Assembly: GCA_963748015.1 (NCBI GenBank)
Contig: CAVVHE010000006.1
Span: forward strand, 160,001 to 224,000
Direction of reading: 5' to 3'
DNA: 64,000 nucleotides
From: Terriglobia bacterium
Lineage (GTDB): Bacteria; Acidobacteriota; Polarisedimenticolia; Polarisedimenticolales; JAIQFR01
In this document: positions 41,027 through 50,701 of the stretch, piece after piece
Numbering within the stretch: position 1 is the stretch's first letter
How the letters are laid out: every line of letters starts with the position of its first letter
The notes under the pieces: generated by a model
The model's input: only the letters and a program-made list of their open reading frames with translations
The model's database searches: none
Told to the model about the DNA's origin: nothing
Translations under genes and position numbers: made by a program

Positions 41027-41809
41027 TCAATCCACGCCGTGATCGTGCAGGCGCACGATCTGATCGACGGTGAGATTCTCGAACCCGGAGGCACGGACGC
41101 GGGCGACGTACGCCACGTCGACGCCGTGCTCGCGGAGCCGGATGATCTCCTCGACGCTCGCGCGGCCAAGACCCGCGGCGACCAGGCCCTTGACGAATCC
41201 GGCGTCCACGCCGCGTTCCCTGAGCTTGACCACGTCCTCGGCCGCCAGGCCGATGTAGCCCGATTCCGCGAGCGCGCGAAGGTAGTCGCCGTCCACGCCG
41301 CGATCGCGCAGGCGGGCGAGGTCCTTCGTGTCCACGATCCCCGGCGAGAGGCGTCTCGCGTCCCTCGCGAAGGAAAGGGAAACGTCGTGGACGGCCATGG
41401 CGAAGACGTCTTCCTCGCCCAGGTCGGCGTAGCCCAGCGCCCGGAGCTCCGGGGCGAACGCCGGGTTCGGCACGAACCGGTACCCGCCACGACCAAGTCC
41501 GAGGGTCACCGTGCCCTCGAGCACGAATGCACCTGCGTCGCGATCGACCGTGAACGAGACGGCCGCGCGCGCGGCGTGCAGCTGCTCGCGGGTGAGGCCG
41601 CTCAGGTCGGAAAGTGGGAGGTCGCTGCTCCAGGTCCAGCTCGAGGTGGACGTGCGGCGGGTCAGCTCCAGCCGCAGGGAGTCGCCCGGCTTCCAGTTGT
41701 TGAGGCTCCACTCTCCCTGGTAGGTGTTCGGGCCGCCGGGGCCCTCGGCGCCCGAGGACGCGCCGGCACATAGGAGCAGCGCGACGATTCCCGTTGCAAT
41801 GCGTCTCAT
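41027..41809 (-). CDS. Exported protein with helical L(R/H)xxGV repeats
   Basis: GGAGG RBS, signal peptide MRRIATGIVALLLCAG, four ~35-aa repeats (..IIRLREHGVD..). Confidence 0.78.
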   Translation of the reverse strand: MRRIATGIVALLLCAGASSGAEGPGGPNTYQGEWSLNNWKPGDSLRLELTRRTSTSSWTWSSDLPLSDLSGLTREQLHAARAAVSFTVDRDAGAFVLEGTVTLGLGRGGYRFVPNPAFAPELRALGYADLGEEDVFAMAVHDVSLSFARDARRLSPGIVDTKDLARLRDRGVDGDYLRALAESGYIGLAAEDVVKLRERGVDAGFVKGLVAAGLGRASVEEIIRLREHGVDVAYVARVRASGFENLTVDQIVRLHDHGVD

Positions 41810-41820
41810 CGAGACCTCCG

Positions 41821-43363
41821 TCAGATGACGCCCGCGCGGCGTAGCTTGACGAGCTGATCCAGGCCGACGTTCGTGAGCCCCTGGGCCTTCATGGCCCGTA
41901 CCCGGCCCGGCGTGATGTCGTTCTGTTGCACGGTGATCGCGTCCGCGACCCCGGCGCGGTCCATGCCGGCCTCGAGGAGCGCCTCGAAGGACGCCGCCCG
42001 GACGCCGTTCCGTCGCAGCTCGATGACCTCGTCCGCGGAGAAGGGACCGAAGCCGAGCCCCCGGATGCGGGCCATCTCGTCGCCCCTCGCGTCGTGCTCG
42101 CGGAGCCGGATGGCGTCCTCGAAGGTGAGGCGCGCGACGAGGCTGGAATTCACGATGCTCTCGACGAAATCCGGGCGTACTCCGCGCTGGTGCAGCCGGA
42201 TGAGCTGCTCGACGCTCGGCAGGCCGAGCCCGGCGGACCGCATGGCGCCGATGTACCGCGGCTCCACGCCGTTCGCCTTGAGCGCGATGATCTCGTCCAC
42301 GGACGCGTTCGTGAGCCCGGCCCCGGCGAGCCCCGCCAGGAACCCGCCACGCGCGGCCTCGATCTTCGTTTCCGCGGGCTCGGCCGACCGGCGCGGGGCG
42401 AGAGGCAAGGCGAGGGCGACGACGGCGGCGACGGCCACCAGCGCGACCGCCCATGCCGGGGGTGCGACGCGGAGCGCGCCCTCGCCGTTCGCGAGGCGCT
42501 GGATGCGCCGGAGCAACGATCCCCCGTTCGGCGGCGACCACCAGGGCGGCGCTCTCCGCGCGGAGCCCCTCGAGCGTCGCCAGCGCCTTCGCGTAGCGGA
42601 CGGCGTCGCCGCAGGCCTCGACCGCCAGATCGTCGCAGCAGTGCTCGCGCTCGATCCGGATCTGGGCGCTGATCCACCAGACCGCCGGGTGATAGAACAG
42701 CGCCGTCTCCACGGCGGTCTGCAGGAGGTTGACCAGATAGTCGTGCCGCCGGATGTGCGCGAGCTCGTGCGCGATCAGGAGCTCGACCTGCTCGGGCGTC
42801 AGAGAGGCGAGGGCACCGACGGGGAGGAGGACCACCGGCCGTAGCCATCCGATGGCCGAGGGGACCTCGGCCGCCGCGGAGTCGAGGAGCCGCACGGCGC
42901 GGCGAATGTCGAGCCGGGCGCACAACGCCGCCGCCGCCCGCTGGAGCGATGCCGCCGCCGGAGCGGTCCGCCACCGCTTCAGGCGCCAAGCGAGCGCCCA
43001 CCCGCCCAGCGATCGCGCCGCGAAGATCGTCACCCCGCACAGCCAGACTCCCACGAGCCACGAGAGCCAGCTCGATCCCCCCGGCCCGGAAACCGCCGAC
43101 GAAACCGAGCCGGATGCCGCGTTCCCCGGGACCGCCGCCACGACCGGGGCCGGGTGCGACGCGCTCGAAGCCGCCACGAGGAACGTCACCGCCGGCGCCA
43201 GGACCATCAGCGCCAGGGCGCCGCAGAAGATCGCGTAGCGCGTGCCGGGCCGCGCCCGGCGAAGCGCGGCGCCGGCGAGGCCGGCCAGAAGCGCGACAAG
43301 CGCGCCCTGCCAGACGAAGTGCACGAGAGCCCAGCCGAGGGCGACCGTTACGGCGTGGTTCAT
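41821..43363 (-). pseudogene. BlaR1/MecR1-like M56 metallopeptidase sensor, split by a 1-bp frameshift near 42530
   Basis: GWALVHFVWQG, HELAHIRRHD, FYHPAVWW, EREHCCDD. The frame changes at ..VAA/NGGSLLRRIQRL, followed by a TM helix and the same helical repeats as the downstream gene. Could be an assembly error. Confidence 0.8.
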
Positions 43364-43737
43364 TTGCGTTTGCCTTCCATGGCGTCGAGGGTGCGGCGGA
43401 TCTCGGCGAGTTCCTCGGCGCTCGCTCGCTCGCTCGACAGGGCGTGCATGACCAGGCGAGACGCCGATCCGCCGAAGGCCCGGTCCACGAGGTCGCCGAC
43501 GAGCTGCGACTGCGCGTCCTCGCGGAGGACGCGGGCCTGGTAGACGTGGGCGCGCTGCCTGGCGTCGCGGCGGACCAGGTGCTTGTCCGTCATGATCTGC
43601 AGGAGCTTGAGCACGGTGGTGTAGCCGGTCGGCCTGTCCGCGTTCAGCCGCTCGAACACCTCGCGCACCGTCGAGGGGCCGCGCTCCCACAGCACCTGGA
43701 GGATCTCGAGCTCCGCGGGGGTCGGTCGTTTTCGCAT
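43360..43737 (-). CDS. BlaI/MecI/CopY-family transcriptional repressor
   Basis: PTPAELEILQVLWERGPSTVREV, YTTVLKLLQIM..KHLV, FGGSASRLV; ATGA overlap with the M56 gene. Confidence 0.93.
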   Translation of the reverse strand: MRKRPTPAELEILQVLWERGPSTVREVFERLNADRPTGYTTVLKLLQIMTDKHLVRRDARQRAHVYQARVLREDAQSQLVGDLVDRAFGGSASRLVMHALSSERASAEELAEIRRTLDAMEGKRK

Positions 43738-43743
43738 GGCGCA

Positions 43744-43773
43744 ATTATGTACGAAGGCATTCGTAGATGTCAA
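43744..43773 (-). promoter_or_regulatory. Sigma70 promoter with BlaI-type operator palindrome; leaderless start
   Basis: Minus strand TTGACA-18 nt-CATAAT-6 nt-ATG. TACGAA-N4-TTCGTA (43750-43765) fills the spacer. Confidence 0.8.
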
Positions 43774-43814
43774 GGGGGGGCGAAACGCCGGCACGCGGCG
43801 GGGGGGACGGGGGA

Positions 43815-45635
43815 TCAAGGCTTGATCTTGGCTTCCAGCTCCGCCCACCGCGCGTAGAGGAGATCGACGGCCGCCTGCGCGGCCGCGAGCGCGTCGAGCC
43901 GCTCCGCGAGCGCCTTGTGATCGGAGGCCACGGCGGGATCCACCGCGGCCTTCTCGCATTGCGCGAGCTTCTCCTCGGAGGCCAGGATTCGCGGCTCCAT
44001 CTGCTCCCACTCGCGCTGCTCGAGGTATCCCAGCCGCCTGGGCTTCTCCATCGGGGGCGCGGCTTCCGCCGACCCCTTCGGGCGAGCCGCCGCCGTCTCG
44101 ATCGCGGCCTCCTCGGCCGTCTCGCGCCGGCCCAGCTCCCACTGCGCGTAGTCCGCGTAGGTTGTCGCGCCCCCGGCTCCGTCGAGGGCCAGGATGCGCG
44201 TCGAGACGCGGTCGAGCAGGTAGCGGTCGTGCGTGACGAGCACGAGAGCGCCTGGGAACTCGAGCAGGCTCTCCTCGAGCGCCTCGAGCGTCGGGATGTC
44301 GAGGTCGTTCGTGGGCTCGTCGAGCAACAGCAGGTCCGCCGGCTCCAGCATCAGCTTGGCGATCAGAACGCGCGCCTGCTCGCCGCCCGAGAGCCGGCCC
44401 ACAGGGGTGTCGATCTGCTCGGGGCGGAAAAGGAAGCGCTTGGCCCAGCCGGCCACGTGGATCTCGCGCCCCTGGCTGACGACCGAGTCGCCGGACGGGG
44501 CGAGCGTCCGCCGGAGCGAGGTTCCGGGGTCGAGCCGCGAGCGGTGCTGGTCGAACATCACGACCTTGAGGCCGGGCGCGCGCTCGAACGTCCCCGCGTC
44601 GGGCGAATCGAGACCCGCGAGAAGGCGCAGGAGCGTGGTCTTCCCGCTGCCGTTCGCTCCCAGCAGGCCCAGTCGCAAGCCCGGCGAGAGCACGAGGTCG
44701 AGATCGCGCACGACCGCTCGGGCGCCGAAGCGCTTCGTCAGCCCCCGGGCGGTCAGCAGGCGCTTGGTCTTGCGCTCGGTGCCTGCGAAGTCGATGCCGA
44801 CCGCGGCCGGGCGCGCGCGCGTGTCGAGATCGGCAAGCTCGTCCTGGAGCCGATGGGCCTCGTCGATGCGCGACTGGGATTTTCGCGTGCGGGCCTTCGC
44901 CTTGCGGGAGAGCCACTGCAGCTCGCCCCGGACGCGGTTGCGAAGGGAGTCCTGGTAGGAGGCCTGGCCGGCCAGAAGCTCGTCTTTCTCCTCGAGGTAC
45001 CGGCTGTAGCTTCCCTTCACGTCCAGCAGGCCGGAGGCGAACGCTCGATTCAGCTCGATCACTCGCCCGGTCGCGGCCTCCAGGAAGTAGCGGTCGTGAC
45101 TCACGGCCAGGAACGCCTCGGGGTCGCGCTGCAGCAGCTCCTCGAGCCACAGGATCCCCTCGAGGTCGAGATGATTGGTCGGCTCGTCGAGAAGGAGCAG
45201 GTCGGGCTCGCGGAGCAGCTCGCGGGCGATGATCAGCCGCTTCTTCCAGCCGCCGGAGAGCGTCGCGGCGGCTTGGGCGGGCTCGGCGAAGCCGGCCTTT
45301 CCCATCGCCACGGCGATGCGAGCCTCCGCCTCGCGCCCGTCGAGGCCAGCATCGCGCGCCGCCTCGCCCAGCACCGAGGCGACGGTGGCGCCCGGCGCGA
45401 CGGTCGGTTCCTGGGGGACATACCCGATCCTGAGGCGCTTTCGCGTGACGCGCGTGCCGGCGGAAGGCGGCTCGAGCCCGGCCAGGATCTTGAGGAGCGT
45501 CGACTTGCCCGAGCCGTTCGGCCCCACGAGCCCGATATGGTCGCCTTCGAAGACACCGAACGAGAGGTCCTCGAAGAGCGGCGCCGCTCCGAAGGACATC
45601 GTCAGGCCCTGACAGGACAGCAAGAGCTCGGGCAT
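43815..45635 (-). CDS. uup: ABC-F family ATPase, Uup-like
   Basis: Two ATPase cassettes (GPNGSGKST, LSGG, LDEPTNHLD; GANGSGKTT, LSGGE, LDEPTNDLD), KARTRKSQSR linker, C-terminal coiled coil ending YARWAELE. Confidence 0.9.
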   Translation of the reverse strand: MPELLLSCQGLTMSFGAAPLFEDLSFGVFEGDHIGLVGPNGSGKSTLLKILAGLEPPSAGTRVTRKRLRIGYVPQEPTVAPGATVASVLGEAARDAGLDGREAEARIAVAMGKAGFAEPAQAAATLSGGWKKRLIIARELLREPDLLLLDEPTNHLDLEGILWLEELLQRDPEAFLAVSHDRYFLEAATGRVIELNRAFASGLLDVKGSYSRYLEEKDELLAGQASYQDSLRNRVRGELQWLSRKAKARTRKSQSRIDEAHRLQDELADLDTRARPAAVGIDFAGTERKTKRLLTARGLTKRFGARAVVRDLDLVLSPGLRLGLLGANGSGKTTLLRLLAGLDSPDAGTFERAPGLKVVMFDQHRSRLDPGTSLRRTLAPSGDSVVSQGREIHVAGWAKRFLFRPEQIDTPVGRLSGGEQARVLIAKLMLEPADLLLLDEPTNDLDIPTLEALEESLLEFPGALVLVTHDRYLLDRVSTRILALDGAGGATTYADYAQWELGRRETAEEAAIETAAARPKGSAEAAPPMEKPRRLGYLEQREWEQMEPRILASEEKLAQCEKAAVDPAVASDHKALAERLDALAAAQAAVDLLYARWAELEAKIKP

Positions 45636-45670
45636 CGGATTTTCGAGCCTACCACGGTCCCGGCGCCATG

Positions 45671-45700
45671 AAAAAAGGGGCGCCTCGCGAGAGGCGCCCC
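45671..45700 (-). terminator. Intrinsic terminator of the RRM gene
   Basis: Minus strand GGGGCGCCTC-TCGC-GAGGCGCCCC followed by TTTTTT. Confidence 0.9.
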
Positions 45701-45731
45701 GGTCGAGATCAAGCTCTGATGCGCGGAGGGG

Positions 45732-46061
45732 TCAGTAGCGACGGCCGCCGCCACCACCACCACCCCGACGATCGCCACCGAAGCCGCCGCCGCCACCGCC
45801 GCCGCCGGCGGTGCGCTCCTTCGCCTCGTTGACGGTCAGCGCACGGCCTCCGAAGTCGTGGCCGTTCAGGTCGCGGATCGCGCCATCGGCGTCCTGGCTG
45901 CTGCCCATCTCCACGAAGCCGAAGCCGCGCGGGCGGCCGGTGTCGCGGTCCGTCACGAGCTTGACCTCGCCGACCGCGCGACCGTTCTGGGAGAAGAGTT
46001 CGCGGATCTGAGTTTCGTCCGCGGAGAAGGGGAGGTTGCCGACGTAGAGTCTGGTACCCAT
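45732..46061 (-). CDS. RRM RNA-binding protein with Gly-rich tail
   Basis: RNP2 LYVGNL, RNP1 RGFGFVEM, LTVNEA, GGG..RRY tail. Confidence 0.95.
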   Translation of the reverse strand: MGTRLYVGNLPFSADETQIRELFSQNGRAVGEVKLVTDRDTGRPRGFGFVEMGSSQDADGAIRDLNGHDFGGRALTVNEAKERTAGGGGGGGGFGGDRRGGGGGGGRRY

Positions 46062-46216
46062 GCTGGAACTCCTGACGTCCGAGTAGGACGTCGATGTCCG
46101 GTTCCGGCCGCCGACCCGATCCTACGGGTCAGAGACACGCGCGTCAGCGCGTTTTCAGCTTCGGCGCGTCAAGCTATCGTTTCTGTACGAGAGTTTGCCG
46201 ACCAGAACCTGCCGAC

Positions 46217-46245
46217 AAGGTACGCCATGGAACGGAGTCTGTCAA
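46217..46245 (-). promoter_or_regulatory. Sigma70 promoter of the RRM gene (about 150-nt leader)
   Basis: Minus strand TTGACA-17 nt-TACCTT. Confidence 0.65.
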
Positions 46246-46260
46246 TACCGCCGCCGACTC

Positions 46261-46983
46261 CTATCCGAAGCTCTCCTCGATCGCGCCCCGGCGCTGGAGG
46301 AAAAGGGCGACGATCCAGCACGTGAGGGACCACGCCAGCCCGGCGGCCCACCCCGCGAGCACGTCGGTCGGGTAGTGGACGCCGAGGAAGATCCTGCTGA
46401 CACCGATGAGCGCGGTCAGGACGACGGCGACCGAAAGAACGTAGACGCGCATGCGCAGCGGCGAAACCTCCCTCGCGAGCAAGGCGCCGAGAGTCAGGTA
46501 GACCGTGGCGGCGAGCACCGAGTGGCCGCTGGGGAAGCTCAGCGACGACACGTGTTCGAGGTGCGGGACGATCGCGGGGCGCGGCCGGCCGAAGTAGGCC
46601 TTCAAGAGGGCGGTCAGCAGAGCACCCCCGAAGGTTGCGAAGACGGTCAGCCACATGGCGTGGCGCTTGTTCGACAGCCGCAGGAATCCGACCACGATCA
46701 TCGTGACCAGGAACAGGACGACGGTGCTGCCCAGGGCGCTGACACCGCGAGCGACCTCCGTCATCCACTCCGGCCCGATGGGGCGCGCGAGATCGGGGGC
46801 CTGCCTGAGGCTCGTCAGCACCCACTCGTCGATCTTCTGCGTGTCCCTCTCGGTCACCTCGTCCGCAATCGCGATGAAACAGAGTCCCGCGAAGACCGCG
46901 ACGAGCAGAGGCACCACGACCACGATCTCCTGGCCGAGCAGCTCCTTCACGAAGCGTACGAACCTGGCGGGCCGGCGGGTCAT
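46261..46983 (-). CDS. PAP2-family membrane phosphatase
   Basis: K..FGRPRP, SFPSGH, SRIFLGVHYPTDVLAG; multiple TM helices. Confidence 0.92.
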   Translation of the reverse strand: MTRRPARFVRFVKELLGQEIVVVVPLLVAVFAGLCFIAIADEVTERDTQKIDEWVLTSLRQAPDLARPIGPEWMTEVARGVSALGSTVVLFLVTMIVVGFLRLSNKRHAMWLTVFATFGGALLTALLKAYFGRPRPAIVPHLEHVSSLSFPSGHSVLAATVYLTLGALLAREVSPLRMRVYVLSVAVVLTALIGVSRIFLGVHYPTDVLAGWAAGLAWSLTCWIVALFLQRRGAIEESFG

Positions 46984-47176
46984 CGAGTGCGCTCCTCGCG
47001 GGCTGAGATCGCGTCCGGCCCGAGATTGTACGACGAGGCCTCGGCCGGCCCCCCATCGGCCCCCCGCGGAAGCGTTGCCGCCACGATTCGGTCCGGCGGG
47101 TGAGGCGAACCAAGAGGACCGGGCGTACCCTGGAACCGCTCCCCGCCCGCCGGGCGGACGAACGAGGAGAAACAAG

Positions 47177-47593
47177 ATGCCGGCAAACAGAGATCTCGTC
47201 GCGAGGTGGGTCGCCCTGGGACCTCGGCTGCAGAGTCTGCTTCGGATCGTGGCCGCGTTCATGTTCATGCTCTCCGGCACGACGATCGTCTTCGCCGTTC
47301 CCGCCGGGATGCCCCCTGACGGCGGTACCGCCCCCCTGATGTCCCAGATCTGGATCGGAGGCGTTCTCGAGCTGGTCGGTGGCGCCCTGCTCCTCGTGGG
47401 GCTCTTCACCCGCCCCGTCGCCTTCCTCCTGGCCGGCGAGATGGCCGTGGCGTACTTCCAGTTCCACTTCCCCCAGGGCTTCTGGCCCAGCATGAACGGC
47501 GGGGTCGCCGCCGCGCTCTACTGTTTCGTCTGGCTCTACTTCTCCGCGGCCGGGGCGGGGCCGTGGAGCCTGGACGCGAGGCGGGAGAAGTAG
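47177..47593 (+). CDS. DoxX-family membrane protein
   Basis: LLRIVAAFMF, ELVGGALLLVGLFTRPVAF, EMAVAYF, GAGPWSLD. Confidence 0.9.
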   Translation: MPANRDLVARWVALGPRLQSLLRIVAAFMFMLSGTTIVFAVPAGMPPDGGTAPLMSQIWIGGVLELVGGALLLVGLFTRPVAFLLAGEMAVAYFQFHFPQGFWPSMNGGVAAALYCFVWLYFSAAGAGPWSLDARREK

Positions 47594-47671
47594 CGTTCCT
47601 CCGTGTATGCTGGTCACGGGTCGTGACGGACGGGGCGGGGAAGCAACCCGCGACCGAGAGCAAGAGCGCTC

Positions 47672-49345
47672 ATGAAGATGGATGAGGGAACGCCTCGGCC
47701 GAGCCTGGGCCGCCGCGCAGCGGTAGCCGTCATCTTCGTCTCCATCGCCGTCAATCTGGTCCTGATCGGAAGAATGCTCTGGACGAAGGAGCGTGCCGTC
47801 GCGACGGTCGATGTCTCGCCGCAGGAGGCGGACGGGCTCGCGGGGGAGGTTCCTTCCTCGCTCCCGGTGGAATCGAGCGAGCGCGCGAGACTCCTAGGGG
47901 AGGGCGAGGAGGCGGCGCCCCGGCCACGGCCCCAAGGAGAGAATCCGGCCGCCGCGGGACCGGGGTACGGGCGGCGTGCCGACGAGACCGCTCGCCGGTA
48001 CGCGGCGACCGAAGGAATGGACGCGGGCACGCGGAGCGGGGAACGAGGCGAAGCGACGGGCTTCGCGGGGGACACGGGGCCCGCGGGTCGTCCCGCGTCG
48101 GCCGCGCCGGTCGTAGCGCCGCCATCTCGTCCGCAGGACGCAGCCCGTCCCGGCGGTTCCGGCCCGCCGGCCGGAAGCCCGGGAATCGCCTCCGTCGCCG
48201 CGCCGCCGGGCTCGACCCGATCGGCCGAAGACGCCGCGGCCACGGCGGTCAAGCCGGCCGTGGAATCCGACCCCGCCTCGGATCGCAGCCCGCCGGTGCT
48301 TCAAGCCCTGGTATTCGATCCGCCGGAGGTCGCGGACGGAGGCGTGACGACGCTGGTGGCGCAAGTGGGCGACGACCTGTCGGGCGTGAAGCTCGTCTGG
48401 GGCGTGCTCCGGAGCCCGAGCGGGGCCGCGAACCTGCAGTTCGGTCCCCAAGCCCTGGCCGACAACGGCCAGGCGGCTTTCAAGATCCCCATCGGCGCCG
48501 AGGCCGAGACGGGCGTGTGGTACGTCTCGACCCTCTCGCTGACCGACAAGGCGGGCAACACCGCGGTCCAGAGCTTCACGACGGCGACGGTCCCTCCGGG
48601 AGGCACGCTGCGGGTCGTTTCCGCGGAGTCGGACTCCACCCCGCCCGAGGTGACCCGGATCTGGGTGGAGAAGCCGTCGGTGGAAGGCGGGGAAACGAAC
48701 CGGGTCGAGATCGAAGCCCGGGACGATCGCTCGGGCGTCGCCTCGATCATGGGGTATTTCCGCAGTCCCGGGAAGGCAGCGCAGCTCTGGTTCAACTGCG
48801 CGCCGAAAGAGAGCGCGGACCCGTGCGTGGGAGAGCTACGCGTCCCCGCGACCGCGGACTGCGGGGAGTGGACGCTGCAGTTCGTGAAGTCCACGGACAA
48901 GGCCGGCAACGTCGCCTATCTGCCGCAGAACTCTCCGCTGATGGCGGGTGCCGCGTTCCAGGTCTCGGGTGGGACCGAATGCGATTCCAGCCCCCCCAGT
49001 CTCGATTCGCTCGCCCTCTCGTCGTCGGTCGTCTCGAACGAGGCCGCGAGCGAGATCCTGGTGACGGCGACGGTGAGCGACGTCGGGAGCGGGGCGATCT
49101 CGATGACGGGGTGGTTCGAAGGACCGGTCGCGACGAGCGGTCAGGCCCCCAGGAACTACTTCTCCTGCATCCCGGATCGCAACGATCCTTCGGCTCCCTG
49201 GACCGGGAAGATCGTGGTGCCGCAGTTCGCCGCCAAGGGCACGTGGAGGATCGGGCTGATCACCCTGCAGGACAAGGCTCGCAACATCCGGCAGTACACG
49301 TACACGGATCCCGCGGTCGCCGGAAGCGTCTTCCTGGTGCAGTGA
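47672..49345 (+). CDS. Membrane-anchored protein with disordered linker and three Ig-like repeats
   Basis: N-terminal TM helix, Pro/Ala/Gly-rich linker, three ~120-aa units starting D.(S/T)PP and containing D..SG and G.W...DKA.N. Confidence 0.75.
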   Translation: MKMDEGTPRPSLGRRAAVAVIFVSIAVNLVLIGRMLWTKERAVATVDVSPQEADGLAGEVPSSLPVESSERARLLGEGEEAAPRPRPQGENPAAAGPGYGRRADETARRYAATEGMDAGTRSGERGEATGFAGDTGPAGRPASAAPVVAPPSRPQDAARPGGSGPPAGSPGIASVAAPPGSTRSAEDAAATAVKPAVESDPASDRSPPVLQALVFDPPEVADGGVTTLVAQVGDDLSGVKLVWGVLRSPSGAANLQFGPQALADNGQAAFKIPIGAEAETGVWYVSTLSLTDKAGNTAVQSFTTATVPPGGTLRVVSAESDSTPPEVTRIWVEKPSVEGGETNRVEIEARDDRSGVASIMGYFRSPGKAAQLWFNCAPKESADPCVGELRVPATADCGEWTLQFVKSTDKAGNVAYLPQNSPLMAGAAFQVSGGTECDSSPPSLDSLALSSSVVSNEAASEILVTATVSDVGSGAISMTGWFEGPVATSGQAPRNYFSCIPDRNDPSAPWTGKIVVPQFAAKGTWRIGLITLQDKARNIRQYTYTDPAVAGSVFLVQ

Positions 49346-49443
49346 GGGGAGTGTCGCGTCCGGCAGCCGCCGCTCGTGCGGCCCGACGGCGCCGCCGGCC
49401 GGTGCCGTGTACAATCGGAGTTTACCCCCGGAGGAATCTCGAC

Positions 49444-50637
49444 ATGAGCCGATACCGCTCCGTTCGCCTCTCGTGCGGACTCGCGACCATCCTCGGGCTT
49501 GCGGCGTGCGCGCTGATCTTGGGCGCGGTGGTCGACCTCGAGCCCGGAGCGTCGGCGCAGGCTCCGCCGGCCGCCGCTCCCGGAGCGGTGCCGCCGCCGC
49601 AGCGCACGGGGCCTCCTTCCAAGCCGCCGACGCACGACCAGAAGGCGGAGGAGTACTTCAAGAACATCAAGGTCCTGACCGGCGTCCCGGCGGACGAGGT
49701 GATCCCGGCGATGCAGTTCATGTCGGCTTCCCTCGGCGTCGACTGCGAGCACTGCCACGTCGAGCGCGCCAACGAGAAGGACGACAAGAAGGAGAAGGAG
49801 ACGGCGCGCAAGATGATCTCGATGGTGATGGCGGTCAACCGGGACAGCTTCGCGGGAAAGCGCGAGGTCACCTGCAACTCCTGCCATCGCGGCGCGGTGC
49901 GTCCCGCCGCGGCCCCCGCAGTCGCGGAATCAGCCTCGACGACGGCGCCGGAGCGGGGCGGCGCGGAGGCGAAGCCCGCCGACTTGCCCGCCGCAGATGC
50001 CGTCCTCGACAAGTACTTGCAGGCCGTCGGCGGAGCCGGGGCGCTCGAGAAGATCACGAGCCGCGTGCAGAAGGGGAAGATGGCCGGGTTCGGTCCCGCG
50101 GAGATGCCGGTCGAGGTGTACTCGGAGGCGCCCGACAGGCGGGTCTCGATCGTCCACACGCCGAGGGGCGACAGCATCACCGCCTACGACGGCAAGACCG
50201 GCTGGCTCGGCAGCGCGGGCCGTCCCCCGCGCGACATGTCGCCGGCCGAGAGCGAAGCCGCCCGGCTCGACGCGGACTTGCGGCTGCCGGCGCGCATCAA
50301 GCAGCTGTTCAAGGAGATCAAGATCGCGCCGCAGGAGAAGGTCGACGGCCGCGACGCCAACCATCTCGTAGGGATCAACGACGGGAAGCCGCCCGTCGAG
50401 TTCTGGTTCGACGCGCAGTCGGGGTTCCTGGTTCGAATGATGCGCTACTCGGAGACGCCGCTCGGCCGCAACCCGACGCGGATCGACTACGCCGACTACC
50501 GGGACGCGGACGGCGTCAAGATCCCGTTCCGGTGGGCCGTCTCCCGGCCGGGGAGCCGGTTCGAGATCTCGGTCGACGAGACGCGGCAGAACGTCCCGAT
50601 CGAGAAAACCCGGTTCGAGAAGCCTGCGTCGTCGTGA
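49444..50637 (+). CDS. Diheme c-type cytochrome (PRC cytochrome-c-like module) fused to a LolA-like beta domain
   Basis: Signal/TM segment; FKNIKVL..M..SLGVDCEHCH, ARKMISM, VTCNSCHRG; C-terminal YADYRDADGVKIPF. Confidence 0.8.
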   Translation: MSRYRSVRLSCGLATILGLAACALILGAVVDLEPGASAQAPPAAAPGAVPPPQRTGPPSKPPTHDQKAEEYFKNIKVLTGVPADEVIPAMQFMSASLGVDCEHCHVERANEKDDKKEKETARKMISMVMAVNRDSFAGKREVTCNSCHRGAVRPAAAPAVAESASTTAPERGGAEAKPADLPAADAVLDKYLQAVGGAGALEKITSRVQKGKMAGFGPAEMPVEVYSEAPDRRVSIVHTPRGDSITAYDGKTGWLGSAGRPPRDMSPAESEAARLDADLRLPARIKQLFKEIKIAPQEKVDGRDANHLVGINDGKPPVEFWFDAQSGFLVRMMRYSETPLGRNPTRIDYADYRDADGVKIPFRWAVSRPGSRFEISVDETRQNVPIEKTRFEKPASS

Positions 50638-50701
50638 CGGGAGTATCGGCTCGGCGACTTGCCCGGTAGTACGCCGCTATAATGACCCGGTTGAGGCGGA
50701 G

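Noticed and set aside
41027..43744. 905-aa ORF as a single real protein
   Set aside because: It is a chimera of the off-frame blaI region, the M56 N-half, about 240 aa of off-frame sequence and a separate downstream gene with its own RBS and signal peptide.
49444..50637. Evidence for phototrophy from the reaction-centre-cytochrome-like domain
   Set aside because: It has only two hemes, is fused to an unrelated domain, and no puf/psc/bch genes are in the window.
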